In this document: positions 1 to 8,236 of the stretch, one piece after another
How the letters are laid out: every line of letters starts with the position of its first letter
Numbering within the stretch: the first letter of the stretch is position 1
DNA from: Clostridiales bacterium
GTDB taxonomy: Bacteria; Bacillota; Clostridia; Oscillospirales; Oscillospiraceae
Assembly: GCA_021201475.1 (NCBI GenBank)
Contig: JAJQEV010000079.1
Coordinates: forward strand, 1 to 18,578
Direction: 5' to 3'
Length of the DNA: 18,578 bases
Notes under the pieces: model-generated
Database searches by the model: none
What the model saw: only the letters and a program-made list of their open reading frames with translations
Told to the model about the DNA's origin: nothing
Translations under genes and position numbers: made by a program

Positions 1-982
1 TCCTACGTCAATCAGGACATCGTCCCGGAGCGCACTCCGCTGAACGTCCACTTCATAAGAATTCACATAAAAGCGCGCAAGAGCTTTTTATGTGAATTCT
101 ATAAGACGGGAATTTGAGGGCAATGCCCTCAAATTCAGGCTCGGAACGAGCCGGAATTACCCGAAAAGGCAACGCTTTTTCGGGTAATTAGTATTAAAAC
201 ACCGTCCGGCTCCTATCAGGAAATTTTTGATGAGATGATCAAGGAAAAGACCATCTCCACCCGTGGGCTGAAATCGGATGCCCATCTTTTTGGGGAGCTG
301 ATTTTCGATGTCAATTCCGCTTATTTCCACAATCACGGCGGCTATGAGTATGCAAAACAATTCTATGCTGATGCTTACCAGGCAGCCGTGGAAATCGTGG
401 GCGGTGAACAGTATATCCTCTCCGCCGTCATGCACGCCGATGAGCGCAACCGGGCCATGTCTGAAGCTCTGGGGCAGGACGTATATCACTACCATCTCCA
501 CGTCGTTTATATTCCTGTAGTAGAGAAGCAAATTCTATGGTCGAAGCGGTGTAAGGACAAGTCGCTGGTCGGCACCGTCAAGGAGACGATCATGCAGGTC
601 AGTAGCAGTAAGAAGTGGCTGTCCAAGCCTGCGCTGGACGAGGCGGGAAACCCTATCCTCCAGAAGAACGGCAAGGCTTATCCAAACGGGAGAAGGACAC
701 GGAGCTGTTTTACAATGCCGCCGACCCTGTCGCCCATATCCGCACACACGATCTCCGGCTGATTAAGCGGCTGGAGGAGTTCAACGCCAGGCATCCCGAT
801 CTCTGCCGGTTGGTGGAGGATGATGAGTACAACGGGAAGTATTATGACATTGACCGTGCAGGGTGTCCATTCGTATTACGGAGCCCTACTCCCAGGAACG
901 GCGTCAGAAGCAGAGCGAGTGGGCGAAGGTGAATGGGTTGAAGGGAAGCTACAAAGAGGAAGCAGGGACAGTTAAATACTAA
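1..982 (+). pseudogene. MobV/Pre-family plasmid mobilization relaxase remnant. The 5' end lies outside the window. The frame is interrupted by an in-frame TGA at 115-117 inside a palindromic insertion, by a frameshift near 685-700, and by a further frame change near 930.
   Basis: Frame 1 translates 1-114 as SYVNQDIVPERTPLNVHF.. and resumes after the TGA with ..SYQEIFDEMIKEKTISTRGLKSDAHLFGELIFDV. This parallels the MobM(pMV158) N-terminus (NKDINPSRSHLNYEL ... SYEKQIKDYVNENKVSNRAIRKDAVLCDEWII). A later HADE...HYHLHVVYIPV block matches the Mob_Pre His motif (HxDE..PHxH). The C-terminal part continues in frame 3 (615-932) and then in frame 2 (to 982). Confidence 0.6.
58..189. repeat. Cluster of three consecutive hairpins or palindromes (58-100, 110-136 and 155-189) inserted in the mob reading frame.
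   Basis: Direct base-pair check: agaattcacataaaagc / gctttttatgtgaattct forms a stem of about 17 bp. gaatttgagggca a tgccctcaaattc is a perfect 13-bp stem and a 27-bp palindrome. aattacccgaaaag / ctttttcgggtaatt is a 13-bp stem. All three arms begin with gaatt or aatt. The pMV158 protein has about 7 residues at this position, whereas about 51 codons are present here. Confidence 0.7.
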
Positions 983-997
983 TGCTAATTATGTACT

Positions 998-1028
998 ATC
1001 GCCCGTGGATGTTTCCGCGGGCGATTTT
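998..1028 (+). terminator. Rho-independent terminator after the mob remnant.
   Basis: Stem atcgcccgtgg / ccgcgggcgat with a 7-nt loop, followed by TTTT. Confidence 0.45.
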
Positions 1029-1084
1029 AGCGCTTAGATTAGCCAAGAAATTGCGAAAATCTGATATAATCTTTGCATTTCCTA

Positions 1085-1113
1085 TTGACTTCTTCTGCAT
1101 ATATCGATAAAAT
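1085..1113 (+). promoter_or_regulatory. Sigma-70-type promoter for the XRE regulator gene.
   Basis: TTGACT at 1085-1090, a 17-nt spacer, then TAAAAT at 1108-1113. A palindromic tatcgata lies in the spacer and could be an operator. An alternative extended -10 TGaTATAAT is at 1062-1070. Confidence 0.5.
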
Positions 1114-1154
1114 ATAGTTGTGTTCAAATATTGATCTCGTATGAGGTATAACGG

Positions 1155-1367
1155 ATGAAGATTAGCTATAAAAAGCTGTGGTTGCTGCTGGTTGAAAGAG
1201 AAATATCAGCAGCAACACTTCGCAAGGATTTGAATATTGCCACTGGCACAATGACAAAGCTCCGGCGGAACGAAGATGTTGCGCTTTCGGTTTTGCTTCG
1301 TATCTGTGGGTATCTGGATTGTAATATTGGGGATATTTGCGATGCGGTGCGGGTAGAATCCGAATAA
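1155..1367 (+). CDS. XRE/Cro-C1-type helix-turn-helix transcriptional regulator, 70 aa.
   Basis: ATG preceded by GAGGT. The sequence is a typical small HTH: LRKDLNIATGTMTKLRRNEDVALSVLLRICGYLDC. Confidence 0.85.
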   Translation: MKISYKKLWLLLVEREISAATLRKDLNIATGTMTKLRRNEDVALSVLLRICGYLDCNIGDICDAVRVESE

Positions 1368-1409
1368 ATTTGGGGCTTTCTTGCACATAGTTTGAGTGGA
1401 GGGAAAGAG

Positions 1410-2132
1410 ATGGCGTTTTGTAGTAATTGTGGGAATGAGCTGGCACCTGGTGCTAAATTCTGCTCTGAATGTGGAATGCCGGTTGATGCTACAAGCCAAG
1501 CAAATAACCGTCGGAGGACAATCTATGATGGCGTAATTCATAAGTGCCCAAATTGTGGAGAAACGCTTAGCTCATTCATGGTAGCCTGCCCTGCTTGTGG
1601 GTACGAGTTACGGGATATCAAAACAACAAACTCTATAAAAAAGTTTGCATCAAAAATTGAGCAGGCAGATTCTGAGGAGCAAAAAGCAAATTTAATAAGG
1701 AATTTCCCTGTACCTAATACTAAAGAGGACACTTTCGAGTTTATGATTTTGGCTTCAAGTAATATTACAGGTGAATATAATGAAGCTGTATTTAATGCAT
1801 GGTTGGCAAAGTTTGAACAGTGCTATAAGAAGGCATCCTTATCTTTTGGCACAGATTCCGACTTTTCTAAAATCCAGATTTTGTATGAACAAACTGTCAA
1901 AAAGGTCAACAAAGAAAAAGTAGCGCATGGAGCTAATAAGGTTGGTAACGCAATTTCAAAATTTACTGCTACATTCCCAAATCCAATATTTGGAATAATT
2001 GTAGTTCTTCTCATGATCTATGAGGTTAGAAGAATTGCAAACGGATTTTTTAGCGCATTAGACATCATAATGGTTGCCTTAATTTTATGGCCTGTTTACA
2101 AAATTACAGATAAAAAGGGCAAAAAGAAATAA
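1410..2132 (+). CDS. Double zinc-ribbon membrane protein.
   Basis: The ATG at 1410 has a GGAGGG RBS. The ORF track uses a TTG at 1392 instead. Two CxxC...CxxC ribbons are present (FCSNCGNELAPGAKFCSECG and CPNCGETL..CPACG). A C-terminal hydrophobic segment (IFGIIVVLLMIY...IIMVALILWPV) is present. It is AT-rich relative to the core region. Confidence 0.8.
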   Translation: MAFCSNCGNELAPGAKFCSECGMPVDATSQANNRRRTIYDGVIHKCPNCGETLSSFMVACPACGYELRDIKTTNSIKKFASKIEQADSEEQKANLIRNFPVPNTKEDTFEFMILASSNITGEYNEAVFNAWLAKFEQCYKKASLSFGTDSDFSKIQILYEQTVKKVNKEKVAHGANKVGNAISKFTATFPNPIFGIIVVLLMIYEVRRIANGFFSALDIIMVALILWPVYKITDKKGKKK

Positions 2133-2146
2133 GGAGGTAGCTAAAA

Positions 2147-3466
2147 ATGGGCTTGTTCGAAAGAACCAACCGCAAAGGTGGTTTCATGGACGAAATCCGC
2201 TGTGACGAGTCGTCCTATCTCATTTGGAAATGGTACCCGTCCGGCGTGCAGGCGGGCACAGGAAACCGGGAGAATGCCATCCGCTGGGGTTCTTCCCTCC
2301 GCGTGAAGGATGGCGAAGTGGCTGTATTTGTATACAAGCAAAAGAACGGAACCATGCAGGATTTTATTGAGGGACCCTTTGACCAGACAATCAAGACAGC
2401 GAACCTCCCTGTGCTGGCGAGTATCATTGGGTTAGCCTATGAAGGCGGCACGCCGTTCCAGGCGGAGATTTATTTTATCAACTTGGCTCGTATCATTCAG
2501 GTCAGGTTTGGCGTTCCGTTTTTTGATGTGTACGATCCGAGATTTATGGATTTCGGCGTGCCTGTTGCGGTTCGGGGCACGATCAGCTTTCGCATCTCGG
2601 ATTATCGAGAATTTATCAAGCTACATCGGCTGAGTACATTCCAACTGGAAGATTTTCAGCGGCAAATCCGTGACGCGGTCAGCAGATATGTGAAAGACAC
2701 GGTAGCAAATGCACCGGCTGCCCATAACATTCCTGTTGTCCAGATTGAGAGCAAGACATCCATTATCAATGATGCGGTCGAATATGATGTTGCGCAACGC
2801 CTGAGGGAAACGTTTGGAGTGTCTGTATCCGGCGTTGACATCAGCGCAATCGAGATTGATAAGACCAGCGACGGGTATCGGCATCTTATGGCCGTTACCA
2901 GAGACATTGCTGCTACAAGGGTCGAAGCAGAGACGCTGGATTACACGGAGCGCCTCCGCATTCAGCGTGAAGAAGGGCAGTATGCCGTGCATAAACAGAC
3001 CCAATCTGCCAATCTCGGTGCTTTCCAAACCGAGAAGCAGGCAGAGGTTGGTGTCGCAGGGGCACAGGCGCTCGGTCAGATGGGCGCCAACAATGCGGGC
3101 AGTGTGGACCTGGGCGGCGCCGGGTTCAATCCGGCCGCTATGATGGCAGGTGTTGCTCTGGGCGGCGCTGTTGGGCAAAACATTGCCGGGGCCATGAACG
3201 GTGCGATGGCAGGGACATCCCAAACGGCACATCAAAGCGTTACACCTCCGCCAATTCCCTCTCCCTCCTATTACGTAGCAGTAAACGGACAACCGACCGG
3301 CTCGTTTGAGTTGTCTGCTTTGACACAAATGGCTTCTGCAGGTCAGTTCACTGCTGACAGTTTGGTTTGGAAAAACGGGATGGAGCAGTGGGAGAAAGCC
3401 GGCTTAGTTAATGAACTCAAGTCAATTTTTAATGCAGTACCACCAATACCAACGGACAAATTCTAA
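2147..3466 (+). CDS. SPFH/Band-7-like protein of the COG4260 (B. subtilis YdjI-like) type, with a Gly/Ala/Met-rich linker and a C-terminal DUF4339 (GYF-like) domain.
   Basis: It has a perfect RBS (AAGGAGG) 14 nt after the upstream gene. The N-terminus resembles YdjI-like proteins. The low-complexity linker is GANNAGSVDLGGAGFNPAAMMAG.... The C-terminus YYVAVNGQPTGSFELSALTQMASAGQFTADSLVWKNGMEQWEKA matches the DUF4339 signature. Confidence 0.85.
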   Translation: MGLFERTNRKGGFMDEIRCDESSYLIWKWYPSGVQAGTGNRENAIRWGSSLRVKDGEVAVFVYKQKNGTMQDFIEGPFDQTIKTANLPVLASIIGLAYEGGTPFQAEIYFINLARIIQVRFGVPFFDVYDPRFMDFGVPVAVRGTISFRISDYREFIKLHRLSTFQLEDFQRQIRDAVSRYVKDTVANAPAAHNIPVVQIESKTSIINDAVEYDVAQRLRETFGVSVSGVDISAIEIDKTSDGYRHLMAVTRDIAATRVEAETLDYTERLRIQREEGQYAVHKQTQSANLGAFQTEKQAEVGVAGAQALGQMGANNAGSVDLGGAGFNPAAMMAGVALGGAVGQNIAGAMNGAMAGTSQTAHQSVTPPPIPSPSYYVAVNGQPTGSFELSALTQMASAGQFTADSLVWKNGMEQWEKAGLVNELKSIFNAVPPIPTDKF

Positions 3467-3483
3467 ATGAAGAAGACTTAACA

Positions 3484-4020
3484 ATGCAAGACAACACGAT
3501 TAGGGAGTTGGCAGTTAAGTTTCGAAATGCTATAGAAAAAGCTTGTGATAAGGGTTTATTTGCTAACGATACCTTTAATCGTTTCCCGCGTGGGTGTTGT
3601 GGGGATACAAGCTATCTATTAGCTGAATATTTTTGCGAAAATGGGATTGAAAGTATTTACGTAAACGGAACAGACGCTTATGGTCAAGGTCATGCATGGC
3701 TAGTAATTAAGGATATGCGAATTAGAACACCAGTTCCAGAATACTTCGAGATGCCGGAATATATAAAAATCGTCTTAAACAGATATGGCAATGAAAAATG
3801 GAATGATTCCCCTAACACTGTATATTATTCTTCAAGTGATTTAGAGAACGGCTTGATTGTTGACCTTACAGCAGACCAATTCGGGGAAGCACCTGTGTAT
3901 GTTGACTGCATTAACGATTTTTATAGGAAATTTGAGTTTCGCTCTGCAGATGATTACATATGCTTGGGTAACGAAAGAATGTCTAGTCTATACCAAACGA
4001 TACTATCGTGCTTGGAATAA
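3484..4020 (+). CDS. Hypothetical 178-aa protein with a Cys/His motif. The function call is tentative: putative papain- or transglutaminase-like cysteine peptidase or amidase.
   Basis: The start lies 17 nt after the SPFH gene stop, so probably the same operon. The motifs are RGCCGD (Cys), GQGHAWLVI (a transglutaminase-core-like HAW) and later acidic residues (IVDLTADQF). There is no signal peptide. Confidence 0.55.
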   Translation: MQDNTIRELAVKFRNAIEKACDKGLFANDTFNRFPRGCCGDTSYLLAEYFCENGIESIYVNGTDAYGQGHAWLVIKDMRIRTPVPEYFEMPEYIKIVLNRYGNEKWNDSPNTVYYSSSDLENGLIVDLTADQFGEAPVYVDCINDFYRKFEFRSADDYICLGNERMSSLYQTILSCLE

Positions 4021-4068
4021 GCCGTGGGTAGGTCAAGATGACAGATGACTAGCTTGTCCATTTATTGC

Positions 4069-4317
4069 TCAATCAGTTAATCCATGTGTCCCGGCCATAT
4101 CCCTTGCATACTGCTCCAATTCACCAGAGAACACCAGGTTGACGTAGGTCGCAGGTTTGTTGTAAATCAGCCAGTCAATTTCCGTCTGCATGGGGACAGT
4201 GGGGCAAATCTCATCATCCACCCCTGGGGTATAGATGATGATTTGGCTTCCATCCGTGTACCTGATCTCTACGCTGGCGGTGTTGATATTGAATCGGCAG
4301 GAAAGTAATTTCTTCAT
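4069..4317 (-). CDS. Hypothetical small protein, 82 aa.
   Basis: The ATG at 4317 (MKKLL) is preceded by AAGGAG with an 8-nt spacer. The longer track ORF to 4458 starts on GTG with no RBS and its 5' extension looks non-coding. The gene is convergent with the upstream operon. Confidence 0.6.
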   Translation of the reverse strand: MKKLLSCRFNINTASVEIRYTDGSQIIIYTPGVDDEICPTVPMQTEIDWLIYNKPATYVNLVFSGELEQYARDMAGTHGLTD

Positions 4318-4507
4318 TGTCGGGACTCCTTTGAAATAAAATCGCTCACAAGTTTCTCCATAATGTGCGTGAAAATAATAATCGCAACTGGTTTTGAGGT
4401 GAACCAGACGGACAATTTCATGCGCATTATTGGAGGGAATAATGCCCGGTAAGGCCACAAATTGTTGCCTGAGGCCATTGTGAACGGATAGTTCGCATAA
4501 AATCGTT

Positions 4508-4529
4508 GGCTACAAAACGGCTACAAAAT
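4508..4529. repeat. Tandem direct repeat ggctacaaaac / ggctacaaaat, 2 copies with an 11-bp period, upstream of the WG-repeat gene.
   Basis: Seen directly in the divergent intergenic region 4318-4542. Confidence 0.6.
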
Positions 4530-4542
4530 TCGTAAAGACGCT

Positions 4543-5229
4543 GTGAAAAGCCTGGAATACGTGGATTATTTGGACAAAAAGCGAATTGAGAGTGCATTTT
4601 ATCACCCTAAATCAAAGCCTGAAACTAGAGTGGGAATGATTTCAGAGGACGAAAAAAGCCTGAAATACTATGATGAGCTTAGAGACCCGCAACTTGGCGA
4701 GTATCTAAACGTCGGCACGTTCCAGGATGGTATTGCGGCAGTCGAAACCGAGGAAGGCTGGATACTGATCGATACCGCCGGAATTGCGGTGTCGTCCGCC
4801 GTTTACGAGAACATCAAACTAAACGCGGATGGTTCCTGGCTGAAAAACGGTGTCATGCTTGCAAAGCTGGATGGCGCATACCATCTCTATGACAAGGATG
4901 GCGAGCAGTTCAGCGCTCTCAGCTGTGATGATATTGACTGCATAGCGGACAGCGGCTCTCTGATTGCCTTTGAGCGAGATGGGCTGTGGGGATTTGCTGA
5001 TTTGGAGGGCAATGAGATCATTGAACCGGCTTACGTAAAGGCGAGGAACTTCTCGAATGGGCTGACCGCAGTCCAGGAGGAAACCTACTGGGGCTTTATC
5101 AATACTGAGAACGCTTTAGTCATTGAGTATACTTTTTTGGATGCGGACTATTTTGATGACGATGGTACCTGCATGGTGACGACGGCTTCCGACACCTATC
5201 AGTTGCTGACCCGAAACATCCTTGACTGA
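4543..5229 (+). CDS. WG-repeat (KWG-type) protein.
   Basis: Repeated GxWGFxD/N modules (DGLWGFADLEGNEIIEPAY, ETYWGFINTENALVIEY, EEGWILIDTAGIAV). The start is uncertain: GTG at 4543 or ATG at 4636, and neither has a strong RBS. Confidence 0.65.
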   Translation: MKSLEYVDYLDKKRIESAFYHPKSKPETRVGMISEDEKSLKYYDELRDPQLGEYLNVGTFQDGIAAVETEEGWILIDTAGIAVSSAVYENIKLNADGSWLKNGVMLAKLDGAYHLYDKDGEQFSALSCDDIDCIADSGSLIAFERDGLWGFADLEGNEIIEPAYVKARNFSNGLTAVQEETYWGFINTENALVIEYTFLDADYFDDDGTCMVTTASDTYQLLTRNILD

Positions 5230-5260
5230 TGGGGCGGCTTGGGAAAAGGAGTGTGTCGTG

Positions 5261-5713
5261 ATGGGTACGAATGAATATACGATCAGCGAACTCCTTCTCA
5301 TGGGGATTCGCAACTGGCGGTCAGGCATCCCTGTTGTAGTTCTGATTTTGTCCTATGTCCTGATTTTCTCCTTCATGCGGAAGCGAGGTATCAGTATCGA
5401 CAGCGAAGAAAAGGTGCGCAAGCGTGCGAAAGAAGCGGGAAGATATGCCATTGCTGAGCTGCGCAACAGTAGTTTTTCGTGGACAAAAGACAATGAGCGT
5501 CGCTACTGTGGAAATTATGAGTTTGAGGTAAATGGGCGACATTACCGTAAAAGCGCATGGTTTTGGCATAACCCGCCGCAGCATCTTATGTTCTATTGGA
5601 AACGAACGCCTGCTCGTGCAAAATCGGAAAGTGTTATGGGCAAAGGGAACCTGTGGGTCTATGCGGTCCCGTGGGTTTTGGCTGTTATCGTTTACAGTTT
5701 CATCGCAAAATGA
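5261..5713 (+). CDS. Small membrane protein of unknown function, 150 aa.
   Basis: ATG at 5261 with an AAAGGAG RBS and a 9-nt spacer. The N-terminal helix is GIPVVVLILSYVLIFSF and the C-terminal helix is VYAVPWVLAVIVYSFI. Confidence 0.7.
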   Translation: MGTNEYTISELLLMGIRNWRSGIPVVVLILSYVLIFSFMRKRGISIDSEEKVRKRAKEAGRYAIAELRNSSFSWTKDNERRYCGNYEFEVNGRHYRKSAWFWHNPPQHLMFYWKRTPARAKSESVMGKGNLWVYAVPWVLAVIVYSFIAK

Positions 5714-5732
5714 AAGAATTTGGTGAAAAACT

Positions 5733-6592
5733 ATGAAAACAAAGCATTTTTTTCGTTGTTGCTGGCCGCTGCATAGTTACTGACGCTCTGTGCCTGCGGC
5801 GGGAACAGCAATGCGGCCACAGAAGCGACAACTGACAACAATGAAGCATCCAACGCCTCTGTAGCAAACGAAGATTATTTCGAGTGGGACATCTACGGCT
5901 CCAACGAGAACTATATTAGTGGTCTGACTGAAAACGGCGCAAAGCAGACTGCACTGGTGATTCCGGAACGCTGCGAAGGATTTTCCGGTTCTCCCTTCTT
6001 CGGGGAGGACATCAGTGTGGAAACAGTTACCTTTGAGGGGGAACACGATCTCGTTTTGGGTTCCGGTTTTGCCAGCTCCAGTAGTTTGAAAACCGTTGTG
6101 CTACCGGAGGGGCTGACCGAGATCGGCAGCCAGGCATTCTACGGTTCCTCGGTGGAAAGCGTCACCATTCCATCTACGGTCACAGTGATCGGTGCAAATG
6201 CGTTTCAATCCTGCTCTTCCCTGCGTGAGGTAATCATTGAAGGGACGAGTTTGGTTGAGATCGGCGATGGCGCATTCAATTATTGCACCAGCTTGGAGAG
6301 CATCAATTTGCCGGACAGCATCACGATCATCGGTGAACAGGCGTTTGAACGGTGTTCCGCACTGACAGAGATTACATTACCGGAGTCTCTGACCACATTA
6401 GGGACGGGCGCTTTTTTGACCGCCGGACTAACAGACATCTATATGCCGGAAGGCATGGAGTTGGAGAAATACGACGCGACTTCTTCCCTGAACACGGATG
6501 CAACCACCACAGTACATGTGGTCAGCGGTTCCTGGGCCAATGAGCAACAGTCCGTGTGGGAGGAAATGGGGCATACTGTCTCCGTAGAATAA
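5733..6592 (+). pseudogene. BspA-type leucine-rich-repeat (LRR_5) surface lipoprotein gene with a disrupted N-terminus.
   Basis: The ATG at 5733 encodes MKTKHFF. The T7 tract at 5747-5753 then puts the signal peptide (SLLLAAA) one frame off. An in-frame TAG at 5774-5776 precedes the lipobox LLTLCACGG in the frame that stays open to 6592. There is no ATG, GTG or TTG in that frame between 5777 and 5957. LRR repeats follow: VTIPSTVTVIGANAFQSC, SINLPDSITIIGEQAFERC, EITLPESLTTLGTGAF. Confidence 0.6.
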
Positions 6593-6884
6593 GGAGCGCA
6601 AAATGAGAAAACTGGCATAGATTATATCATCGTGTCCAATTTTTGCACCCCCGTGTCCAGTTTTAGTTTACCGCTTCAGCCTTGACTACGCCTTAACGCC
6701 GACAGGCACGGAAATCAAGGGCGGCGATTTCAAAGTCAATTTCTGCGCAGGCTTGGGGCAGTTCAGAATTTGTGAAAATTACCCCTGACAACTCTCATCC
6801 CATCAACCGCACGATACGCAGCCACGTTAGGCATAAACGTGACAGCGCGGCTATATCACCGGTGTTCCACGTTGGGTTAACAAT

Positions 6885-6925
6885 AAAACGCACAGACGGA
6901 GCCCTTCCGCCTGTGCGTTTTATTT
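6885..6925. terminator. Bidirectional rho-independent terminator serving sigA on the minus strand.
   Basis: aataaaacgcacag acggagcccttccgc ctgtgcgttttatttg. The stem is about 11 bp and is flanked by an A-run and a T-run. Confidence 0.7.
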
Positions 6926-6985
6926 GTGTATCACTGTCAGCGGCTCCTCTGCGCCGCCAGCGTCCCGGAGGGTATGTCAGTGCGG

Positions 6986-8232
<1,247 letters not shown>

Positions 8233-8236
<4 letters not shown>

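Noticed and set aside
115-117. In-frame TGA in the relaxase as possible selenocysteine or stop-codon recoding.
   Set aside because: The core genes use TGA as an ordinary stop (carA ends in TGA). There is no SECIS-like context. The gene has additional frameshifts, so pseudogenisation is the simpler explanation.
4084-4308. Plus-strand 74-aa ORF overlapping the minus-strand small gene. Likewise 308-520, 535-747, 1162-1541, 2621-3328 and other overlapping ORFs.
   Set aside because: They lie antisense to, or out of frame within, better-supported genes. They have no RBS and an odd composition.
6593-6985. A tRNA or tmRNA integration target at the island and core junction.
   Set aside because: There is no T-loop-like GTTCRANYC motif and no acceptor or CCA arrangement on either strand.
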